Source: Octopus sinensis
Taxonomy: Eukaryota
NCBI RefSeq assembly: GCF_006345805.1
Contig: NC_042998.1
Coordinates: 188,976,001-189,040,000, forward strand
Reading direction: 5' to 3'
Length of the DNA stretch: 64,000 bases
Position 1 is the stretch's first letter, and the number at the start of each line of letters is the position of its first letter. The notes under the pieces were generated by a model that saw only the letters and a program-made list of their open reading frames with translations, had not been told where the DNA came from and made no database searches. This document shows positions 53,590-64,000 of this stretch, in pieces. Position numbers and translations under genes: made by a program.

Positions 53590-55619
53590 AGTTCTAATGA
53601 ATTAGAATACAGAGGGTTACTTACTGCTCGAAAGTTTTGCTTTCTCCTCCGTGGTTTGTCCTCGAGAAGATCCCAGTACAGTTTCTTTGTGAGATATTTT
53701 TGGCATTTACCAACCGCACTGGGGAAAATGCCTTTGAGTGTGTGGTGCAGACTTTTGGAGATGTGTATATTTTGATGTGGTCTGGTGGGTGTGTATGGGT
53801 GATTGTTTGTTTTTATGTCATCTTCTGTTATGTTTGTTTTTGATGGATGTATTCCATCAAATTTGTGTTTTTGGTGTCTATGGCTGTGAGCATGTTTGCT
53901 GTATATGTTTTTGTGGTGTTGGTGTGGCTGTTGTTTGCGTTGGGTTTTGAAATGTCTTCGGGAGATGTATTTCCCCCTGCTTTGTTCGTGTTTGCATTTG
54001 GTTTGGTTGTGTTTCTGCTCTTTATTTTCCTTCTTTTTGTAGCTATTTGCCATTCCTCACTGGTTTCGTCTTCCGACGAAATTTCTGAGGAATCAGAAGG
54101 GGGTAGGGGTATGTTGTGGGCTTCTATGTATGTCTGTGTAAGTGGTGTGTGTTGTTGTTTTCGTTGTTGTTGGTTGTTGAGTGTTTGTGTGTGTGAGTGC
54201 GGTATAAGGGATGGGGGATCAGTTTGTGTGTGTTTTCTTTGTTTTTCTGTTCCTTTGGGTTTTGCTGTTGATGGTGGTGTTGGTATTTTTTCAGGTGTCG
54301 AGTGGTTTTGGTTGATGACGGATTAGCTTGGTGTGCTTCTCTTGTCGTCTTCTGTGTTGATGGTGGTGTGGGTAGTAGAGTTTTTTTCCGGAGTGCTTTG
54401 GTTGTGGTAGTGGTTGTTGTTGTTGCTCTTGGTGTGCAGTGGTTGGGCACGTCTTTTTCAAGTGTGTTTCGCTTCCACACAAATAGCAGCGTGGTCGCCT
54501 GCCCTCTACCACTATATAGAGTTTGTAGCCTCCTGGCAGTTCTATAGCGGTGGGTATCTTCTCTCTTGCTGCTTCATCCAATTGAAGCAGGAATTCGATT
54601 GATTTGCCCACATAGTCTTTCTCTCCTAGAACCGCGATTTCCAGGATGTTTGTCTCTGACATTGTCTCTGACATTTCAAAGCAGATGGCAGAGACCAACC
54701 ATTGTGTTTCGACATCAAATGGTATGTTTTTTATTGGACTTTCGTGACCCTTTTGTTTAAATAGACTTGTATCATTACCAAGTCGTCCGAATGCAGCTCC
54801 AATGTGGAAAAACGTTTTGCTAAACTTTCGTTGAGGAAACGTACTTGGACTGTACCAAATTTGTTTCCCCAACTGATATATTCCTTGGAGTCCCATACAG
54901 GACGAAGGCATTTATCGATTTTTTCCTGCGGTGCATTTTCTGTTCTTCTTGTTTTTTTGTTTATTACTTTATAAATTATTGTTTTTTTTGTGTGTTTTCC
55001 ACGATGTGTTGTGGAATATGAAGGTGCAATTTGTCTCCTTCTTTGGAGAAGAGTGCCTTTGTGCGGTTTATCTCTTGTGTGGTGAATGTTACAATTGTTC
55101 TTTTTGTTTTGTTACGTCCGCAAAATTCGTTTTGAATTTGGCAGTAGAAGTGTTAATTGTGGCAGTGTTAATTGAAGTCATGGTAGTGGTGTTGGTGTTG
55201 GCGGTATTAGCAGCAGAAGGCTTGGATGTAGCATTTGACGTCGTAGTAGTGGTGTTGGTGTTGGCGGTGTTGTCTTTGGTAGGCGGCTTTGTGCCAATTT
55301 CGTTGTTGTTGTTGTTGGTGGTGATGGTGGTGGTGCTGGCATTCATGTTTTCGTTTGTATTCATTTTTGAAATCCTTTCTCTGTCCCTTTATCATCAACA
55401 AGTGGTGTGGGGAGTGAGGGGAAATCTAAGTTAATGTCTTTGGTCGCGGCGATGGTGAATGCGACGATAGATTTTGTTTGTTGTTGTTGTGGTGGTGGTG
55501 ATGGTGGTGACAGCGGTGTTCACGCTGCGATGTTTAGCAGCTAGTGGTAGCAATAGTGTTTTGCTACCGTTCTGCATGACTGGCGGGCTAGCCACGTGGT
55601 TTCTAGTTGCCATTTTCAA
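53586..55619 (-). CDS. Tx1-like ORF1: Thr/Asn-rich N-terminus, probable RRM-like region, CCHC knuckle; several frameshifts
   Basis: RCYLCGSETHLKKTC (CX2CX4HX4C); pieces join by single-base shifts; the stop codon overlaps the ORF2 start as ATGA. Confidence 0.75.
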
Positions 55620-55838
55620 AATGAAAAATGGCTAAAAAACCCACGAAAGTTTTGAAAGTTTTTTTGTAATTTCGCCCATACAGGGGCGGAATTCTACGTG
55701 AATAATTCTCAGGTTTTTTAGTGAATGAACTTGCACAACGATTATTAAAACAAAAATATTTGACAACAAGGAGTTTTAAACATGTAAAAGTGGCCAACTT
55801 ACGTGGAGCCGATATGACTAGCGTCCGTCCATTGTGAG

Positions 55839-55886
55839 AGATAGATAGATAGAAGATAGATAGTAGATAGATATAGATAGATAGAT

Positions 55887-55943
<57 letters not shown>
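55839..55943. repeat. (GATA)n array at the Tx1 5' junction
   Basis: Direct reading. Confidence 0.95.
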
Positions 55944-55946
<3 letters not shown>

Positions 55947-56422
55947 AGTGGGTAGTCACGTAACTCGTGCGAAGCAATAATTGAACCTGAATTTGAAAGT
56001 AAGAGATCTATGAACATAAGCATTTGCCAGGAGAGAGATGGTGCCTTCGATATTTGAATATTTTGAGTTTTATTTGAGTGAGAAAAGTCATTCATGGCTG
56101 CTGAACAATATTGAGAAAAATTCTATGAATTAACACATTGCCAGCAGTAAACTTTCCTTATTTTTGTTATATTGTGGTGATTCCAGTATTTGAGATAATG
56201 GATGTTGTGAGTGCCAGTTATATCATGGTTTGATGATGTGAAAATACACACTAAAGAGATTGTGAATGCGTCAACTAGAACAGCAACAGAAACAACGTAG
56301 AGTTCTATGCATTGCGGTGCTAAACGCTTTATTATGACTGAAGAAATATATAGATAATAGAATATAATCGGTTGGCATTTCCATGCGTAAGCAGATGTAC
56401 ATCTAAAGACCACATACACACC

Positions 56423-56494
<72 letters not shown>

Positions 56495-56577
56495 ATATAT
56501 ATATATATATTATTATATATATATATATATATATAGATATATATATATATATATATATACATATACATACACATATT

Positions 56578-56895
56578 ATTGGATACTGGGATGTGTAACA
56601 TACTTCCTAAATACCAATCTTGAGAAATTAAGCTTCTCAAAACCAGAAAAGAGAAAGCTGATTCGGAGACTACGGATCCAATCCATCTCTGAAACTGTAA
56701 AAAGTCTGTAAAATTAGTCTTCTCAAAACCAGAAAGAAGGCTAATTCGAAGACTACAGATCCAATACATCTCTGGAATTGTAAAAATCTGTAAAACTTTC
56801 CAGAAGTTTATCATTTTAGTATATATGAGCATGTCTAAATATGCAACTACATGCATGAGAATACATACATAAGACAAAACATACAAATCTGCACA
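56578..56895 (+). mobile_element. 3' end of the RLE-type LINE, with an internal ~80-bp duplication
   Basis: aaaccagaaa..gctgattcg.agactac.gatccaat twice, then aaaactttccagaag..gagcatgtct, matching the reverse complement of 7400-7620. Confidence 0.75.
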
Positions 56896-57466
56896 CATAC
56901 ATGCATACATACATACATACATACATGCATACATACATACATGCATACATACATACATACGTATATACATACATACATACATACATGCATGCATGCATAC
57001 ATACATACATACATACATACATACGTACGTACGTACGTACATACATACATACATACATACATACATACATACATACATACATGCATACATACATACATAC
57101 ATACATATTTACATACATACATACGTACATACATACATACATACATACATACATACATACATGCATACATGCATACATACATACATGCATACATACATAC
57201 ATACATACATACATACATACGTACATACATACATACATACATACATGCATACATGCATACATACATACATACATGCATACATACATACATACATGCATGC
57301 ATACATACATACATGCATGCATGCATACATGCATACATACACACATACATACATACATACATACATACATACATACATACATACATACATACATACATGC
57401 ATGCATGCATACATACATACATACATACATACATACATACATACATACATACATGCATACATACAT
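56895..57466. repeat. (CATA/CATG)n array, ~570 bp
   Basis: Direct reading. Confidence 0.95.
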
Positions 57467-57950
57467 GACCTCGCACATGATTTTCCAGTCCTGCCGCAGA
57501 TCCCCATGGATTGAAAAATAGTGACAAACGAAAGTTCTAAATTATTGCACGCTTCTAACAGGTTACGTCTGCACACATCGCCACTTTTGCAACACCACAG
57601 AATTTTCAGAAGATGGAATGACAAACGGGGTCGCCAGAAAGACATATCTACGTAAATGGATTATTGTGATAAACGCTTGTATAACACGTGTACCACTCGC
57701 TGAATTTCCGTAATTAGTACCTAGTGGCAAGCCTAAGTAAGATAACCAGTAATCATTTGAAACCACAGGTTTTACATCCCTCCCCAGAAGGATGCTGTGA
57801 AAACAACTAGGGGTCCTTTACTTCCGATAATTTTACAGCACGCTGTAACACTAAACAAGGGTATCTCTACGCCCCTACATACATACATACATACATACAT
57901 ACATACATACATACATACATACATACATACATACATACATACTTACATAC

Positions 57951-58622
57951 ATGATGGCTGCCCCCTCGTTATCGAATATGGCCATTGCTCGAATCTTAAC
58001 TGTTATTGGTGCTGTGATCGAATGTGACTTTCATTTGCTTTTTAAGGCTACAGCCAGCCATTCAGTTGAGACTCACAGCACCATCAACAATCATGAACAA
58101 TGTTATCGTGCAATGCCTGTGCAAGAAGATTTTTTTTAAAGTGAGGAAAGGCTGTGCACTGAGTCAATCCCACTCACTAAGCAACAGCAGCCATAACCCG
58201 AAAAAAAGAACAAGTCAACATCATCGGTAACTACTGAGCCGCAGGTTTTATGTCGGAGTTATCCCAGTTACCTGAGTCACCTTCTCCTAGAAGGATGCCC
58301 TAACAAAGGCTAGGAATCCTTCACTCCCAATGGTCTAACCGCGCGATCGGGTATTCAGTCCGATTATTTCTGTCCCCGCGCATGATACAGCCTTAAGCCT
58401 TAAGGAAAGAAAATAAAAACTACACATTTATTGGATGGCCGTTGACTCTCAAGAGTTCCTCCGCCCTTTGACGGGTTTTGTTTTTCATCCTGCAGGGTGT
58501 CCAATAAACACCCTTCTCACCAAGCAGGCTTGGTGGGGTTGCCGGTTTAGTCGCCGACGACCCGACCATGCAACAGGTTGTACTGGGTTACATGTTACCA
58601 GTAGCACTCGAAAGTGACCTGA
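57951..58622 (-). mobile_element. Second, more 5'-complete copy of the bipartite RTE-derived element, with (CATA)n on both flanks
   Basis: Reverse complement of 34401-35027 plus ~50 nt of extra 5' sequence. Confidence 0.75.
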
Positions 58623-58666
58623 CACATACATACATACATACATACATACATACATACATACATACG

Positions 58667-58705
<39 letters not shown>

Positions 58706-59020
58706 AAACATGCGTACACGCGTGTGTGCGCGTGCATGTATGTAAGAACAATACAAAGTCTGTGTGCACTTTTAAATTTGCATACCTAGTTCTATATATA
58801 GTATAATTAGTCTGTGAAAAGCGTAATTGAAAGAATTTATTAGATTTTTATATAAATATATTCTTAATATTGTTAATTTTCAACATATCGATCGTCATTA
58901 GATACACAAACCATGATGGAATTCTGAAATTCTAGAAAGACGTTCTACTGCAGACTTTCCATTATATTATGAATCACATTAAATAACCCAGTCTTTACAT
59001 GTCTCTCATTTTTTTTCTTT

Positions 59021-59393
59021 TACTCTCTTTTACTTGTTTCAGTCATTTGACTGTGGCCATGTATGGAGCACCGCCTTTAGTCGAGCAAATCGACCCCGGG
59101 ACTTATTCTTTTTTAAGCCCAGTACTTATTCTATCAGTCTCTTTTGCCGAACCGCTAAGTGACGGGGACGTAAACACACCAGCATCGGTTGTCAAGCAAT
59201 GCTAGGGGGACAAACACAGACACACAAACATATACACACACACTTTCCGTCTACCAAATCCACTCACAAGGCATTGGTCGGCCCGGGGCTATAGCAGAAG
59301 ACACTTGCCCAAGATGCCACGCAGTGGGACTGAACCCGGAACCATGTGGTTGGTTAGCAAGCTACTTAGCACACAGCCACTCCTGCGCCTATA
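59021..59393 (-). mobile_element. SINE family A with a short internal deletion
   Basis: Matches 28241-28639. Confidence 0.85.
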
Positions 59394-59700
59394 AAATAAT
59401 AGTATTTTTTTTTTTGATAATTAATTAATGATTTCAGTAAATCTTTTAATTTACGATAGGTGGTTCATCAGGCTTCAAAAGGTTTTTTTTTTTATTGTCA
59501 TGTATGAAATTAAAGTAAAAAAGGTTTTTAATTTATAATTTAAAATATGCACAAAGAGTTTATGGAGTGCGTGATACACTTTCTGACGAACTAAAAATAC
59601 GAACTGGCCACCATCGGAATATTTTTTATACGATGGTCTGCTAGACCAAACCTGTCCTGGGGTTAAACAACAGCAATAACAAAGTTATACTGTGATGAGT

Positions 59701-60082
59701 GGAGGCGCAATGGCCCAGTGGTTAGGGCAGCGGACTCGCGGTCGTAGGATCGCGGTTTCGATTCCCAGACCGGGCGTTGTGAGTGTTTATTGAGCGAAAA
59801 CACCTAAAGCTCCACGCGGCTCTGGCAGGGGATGGTGGGGATCCCTGCTGTACTCTTTCACCACAACTTTCTCTCACTCTTACTTCCTGTTTCTGTTGTA
59901 CCTGTATTTCAAAGGGCCGGCCTTGTCACTCTCTGTGTCGCGCTGAATATCCCCGAGAACTACGTTAAGGGTGCGCGTGTCTGTGGAGTGCTCGGCCACT
60001 TACACGTTAATTTCACGAGCAGGCTGTTCCGTTGATCGGATCAACCGGAACCCTCGTCGTCGTAACTGACGGAGTGCTTCCA
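59701..60082 (+). mobile_element. SINE family B, full length, with TSD atactgtgatgag
   Basis: tRNA-like head ggcgcaatggcccagtggttagg..ggtttcgattccc; the 13-bp direct repeat flanks both sides. Confidence 0.9.
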
Positions 60083-60178
60083 ATACTGTGATGAGCCAAC
60101 AAGGAAGTCTCTGTACAGTCTTTTGACCAACAAGAAATTGTAGCAAATTCTCTCCCTCTCTCTTTTTTTCTCTTCCTC

Positions 60179-60215
<37 letters not shown>

Positions 60216-60365
60216 TCTTCTCTTTCTACTCACATCCTACTGCAGTGAATACTATATTTCTAAATACATTCTGCGTGGAAAGAGATCGGACGGTAATATC
60301 TGGAACACTTTTGACCATAGTTTTATTTAGTGCTTTCCTTAGGCTAAACTACTGCCTAGGTTTCG

Positions 60366-60418
<53 letters not shown>

Positions 60419-60476
60419 GGTGGTGGTGGTGGTGTTGGTGGTGGTGGCGGTGGTGGTGGTGGTAGTAGTAGTGGTG

Positions 60477-60519
<43 letters not shown>

Positions 60520-62529
60520 AAGAACAGTGCAGCAAAAGCCACACGAGACTACCACGTATATGTAACTAGCTCGCTTTTTCGGATCATAAGCACTCAGTAC
60601 AACCGACATTAAAAAGGCAAGGCTAAAAATGGTAAATTCCCATATTATGGTTAGATTCGAAACATATTTATATATAATGCTTAATCTTAAAATAGCTTTT
60701 TATCAGAAGAATATTTTGTGAAATGATACAGGTGCGAACCTTATTACATCTTGAGAAAAAGCATAAATAAGGCCGTCTGAAAATGTTGTAGCCATGCATT
60801 AGCAAAGTGAGCAAAATGGTATTAAGTAAGCAAAATGGCATTAACGTTAGTATATATGCAATGTATAGAACAATAAAAATCTAATTTTAAGTAAATATGT
60901 GCAGAAGAAAAAACAATATTTGTAAATAACAAATGCTTCACTTCGCGGACAAGTGCAGCACACAACTCTAGACGATCTGAGCACTGAGGCAGCCACAAAA
61001 GAGACAGGATTAGATGGCCCACATACAAGCCGGTCATGTCTCCCAGTAGTTCCCTGGTATCATGACCCATGATAAATGAGTTCTATGTTACAATGACAGA
61101 TCCCCTCCAAAGCTTCCAGCTACTTCTAGACTCTGAAAGAAAGGATTCAATCTTGTTTAAGAAACTGGTGATCAGCAAGATGCTATACCTTGTGGCTAAG
61201 GCCACAAATAAGAAGTGTATTTCCATTTCCTGTGTCAGATTACAATCTACAATATTAATGCTGTCGCTAAGTCTGAAAGAAGGTTAACACTTGGCTCATT
61301 TCGAGTAACATTATGATCGGTTTTCCATCCGCTATATTTTCTTCACCGAGAGGCAACGCATCCTCAGTGCTATTCAGTAATACAGGGTATACCTAAGAAA
61401 ATTTTCCCAACAAGAAAGGTAGCTGATAGATTTGTATATTCTTTGTCTTTATTAACAGTGTTTTTGTGGACAGAAAAAACAAAAGAGGATTCATCTAGAA
61501 TAGTTTAAATTTTGTGTTGTAATTATTATCAGCACCTGATTATTCTCTTAATTTGTCCAAAGAGACACTATCTTATAAACTCGCAGTTATTAAGGCCTGA
61601 AACAGGTTAAACTTATTTGTAAATAAAACGCATTCTTGCCAGTTCGTTTAATAATTTATTGTTGTTTAACAATGTTTTGTTTCAGTGCAAATGTACTGGA
61701 TAATATCCTTTCTACTATAAGCACAAGGCCTACAATTTTGAGATAGAGGGTAAGTCGATTATATCGACCCCAGTATTTGACTGGTACTTATTTCATCGAC
61801 CCCGAAAGGATAAAAGGGAAAGTCGACCTCAGAGTACGAACGAACAAGCAGATTATTATAGCATTCGCTATTTTCTTTCAATGCAATATTATACTACAGA
61901 ACATACATATTATACTACAGAACATACAGAGTTTATATCCACTAACATATAATGACAAGGTATTTTACCTGTCTATTACATATAGGGCTGATGAAAGTAT
62001 ATAGATATATTCTGTTATACAATATAGATTGTCAATAAACCAGTAATCTCTTTATTATATATTTAGACGGCTTTCTGGCAGAATTGTTACCGACTGGAAC
62101 AAAATACTAAGCGACGTTTGTTTCGGGGCTGTTTACGTTGTGGGTTCAAATGCTGCCAAGGTCAACTTTCCTTTTCATCCTTTTGGGTTGTAAGAAAAAG
62201 CTATTGATCACTGGGTTCGATGTAATTGATTTCTTCTCCCCTTAAAATCGCTATCCTTGTGTCAAAAATTAGAAACAATATACCTCTTATTTTAAAACTA
62301 TTAAAATGAGATTTAAATAACGGTGGTTCTTTTTGCACATATATGAAAACACTGGACTGCAAACGCGTGAAAGCATGTTACAGAAGTTAGCTACGTACCT
62401 TCACGTCCTAATTTTAAATCCTACCCAAGTCAACGTTGTTTCACTGTGCTGGTAGAAGTACCAATCAAGTACTGCGCTCTATTAGAACTCATACATAACT
62501 AATACACACGCATACACACACTCACACAT

Positions 62530-62792
62530 TCATATAGGCATACATACATAAGTACATAAATGCATACATGCATGCATGCATGCATACATACATACATACA
62601 TACATGCATGCATGCATGCATGCATACATACATACATAAATACATACATACATACATACATACATGCATACATACGTATATACATACATACATGCATGCA
62701 TGCATGCATACATGCATACATACATACATACATACATACATGCATGCATGCATGCATATATACATACAAGCATGCATGCATACATACATAAA

Positions 62793-62825
<33 letters not shown>

Positions 62826-63117
62826 GCATGCATGCATACATACATACATACATACATACATAATACATGCATGCATGCATGCATACATACATTTTTGCAT
62901 ACATATATACATGCAATACATACATGCATACATACATACATGCATGCATACATACATGCATACATACATACATGCATGCATACATACATGCATACATACA
63001 TACATGCATGCACGCATGCATGCATACATACATACATACATACATACATGCATGCATGCATACATACATACATACATGCATACATGCATGCATACATACA
63101 TACATACATACATACAC

Positions 63118-63150
<33 letters not shown>

Positions 63151-63340
63151 CATACATGCATGCATCCATACATACATGCATGCATACATACATACAAACA
63201 TGCATGCATGCATCCATGCATCCATACATACATACATGCATACATACATACATACATACATACATGCATGCATACATACATACATACATGCATGCATGCA
63301 TACATACATACATACATACATACATACATACATACATACA

Positions 63341-63371
<31 letters not shown>

Positions 63372-63372
63372 G
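62530..63372. repeat. (CATA/CATG)n array, ~840 bp
   Basis: Direct reading. Confidence 0.95.
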
Positions 63373-63675
63373 TATATACCCGTTGTTTATGACGAACAAG
63401 AGATAAATTACTCAATGCATGGTTTGAAGTATATCTTTTTCGGTTGGCGTCGATCAACCTTACTGCAGGTTTCAAGATTTTATCAATAAGACAGCCATGC
63501 TGGATTAAAATAAAAATTGCATCATTATATAAGATAGTGTCGGGACCTCACTGTTTTGTAGTCGCTGAGACATTGAATCTCGACGCCATCTTGGATAATA
63601 TCAATTTAGAGACATATATAGCTGTCTGATTCATCAAATGCAAAAACTGAAATTTCAGCAAAGCTGTATCAGCTA

Positions 63676-63878
63676 GTTCTGTTGTGTCTGGGGAGAATCA
63701 TTTTCTTTTTCTGCTTCATAATGTAACACACTCACCGGTAAAATTTCCACTTATTTTTATTTTCCTAAAATTTTCGTTGCGTCTTGCAACCTTTTCAATA
63801 GACTTGACTCTCTTACCGGTGAGTGTGTTACAATATAAGACACAAAAGAAAATTACTCTCCCCAGACACAACAGAACA
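63676..63878. mobile_element. ~200-bp foldback with ~65-bp arms and a degenerate minus-strand hammerhead-like motif in the spacer (63764-63802)
   Basis: gttctgttgtgtctgggaga..gtaacacactcaccggtaa vs ttaccggtgagtgtgttac..tctcccagacacaacagaac. Confidence 0.6.
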
Positions 63879-64000
63879 TGCTTCAACACACGAACTCAAA
63901 TGAAGAATCTTGCAAACCAAATCCCAAAACGAAATGTATCAGCTAGATATATGGGAGTTTATATCTGTGTTTATGTATGTGTATGTTTGTTTTTGGTGAT

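Larger units (their letters stand above)
49762..55838 (-). mobile_element. Full-length Tx1/L1-clade non-LTR retrotransposon (~6.1 kb) in a (GATA)n microsatellite
   Basis: ~220-nt 5' UTR, ORF1, ORF2, ~390-nt 3' UTR ending AATAAAgaaacat then (ATCT)n; (GATA)n on both flanks. Confidence 0.92.

Noticed and set aside
58530-58622. Possible HDV-like ribozyme at the 5' end of the RTE derivative (ATGTAAC/GTTGCAT pairing, GG, hairpin, CTAA)
   Set aside because: Only 7 nt remain where P3-L3-P3 needs about 14, so the fold cannot be completed from this copy. An Infernal search on the family consensus would settle it.
60822-61290. Unique-looking sequence with short ORFs (also 14.6-14.9, 19.2-19.5 and 38.3-38.6 kb) as candidate host exons
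   Set aside because: No recognisable protein motif or convincing splice-site pair; needs RNA-seq or BLASTx.
62499-63489. Long ORFs (200-320 aa) of YVCM/HTYI/YLSI repeats here and at 4.5-5.7, 27.6-28.1, 39.3-39.9, 41.0-41.5 and 56.3-57.6 kb
   Set aside because: They are translations of CATA, GATA, TA and CA microsatellites, open in several frames, with no protein signal.

Overview
AT-rich eukaryotic (animal) genomic DNA saturated with microsatellites. I could not support any host protein-coding exon; most long ORFs in the track are translations of (CATA)n, (GATA)n, (TA)n, (CA)n and triplet arrays. The repeat landscape of several abundant tRNA-headed SINE families plus tetranucleotide arrays suggests an octopus (coleoid) genome; this is inference, not checked. 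The main feature is a full-length ~6.1 kb Tx1/L1-clade LINE on the minus strand (~49762-55838) with ORF1 (CCHC knuckle) and ORF2 (APE endonuclease, RT, C-terminal Cys/His domain). It lies inside a (GATA)n array, and a short 3' fragment of a related element lies in the same array. Its three ORF2 frameshifts are all single-base losses in homopolymers, so it may be intact in vivo. Also present: R4/Dong-like RLE LINE relics joined to (CATA)n, RTE and CR1-like relics, a bipartite non-autonomous RTE derivative in (TGTA)n, a decayed mariner, a pogo/Tigger MITE, other foldback MITE-like elements, a non-autonomous Helitron and four SINE families. Several short (TA)n-embedded elements carry minimal type I hammerhead-ribozyme motifs, three of them with a variant CCGACGA core. 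The overall hypothesis is that different retroelement lineages occupy different microsatellite targets. There is one 100-N assembly gap at 11331-11430.
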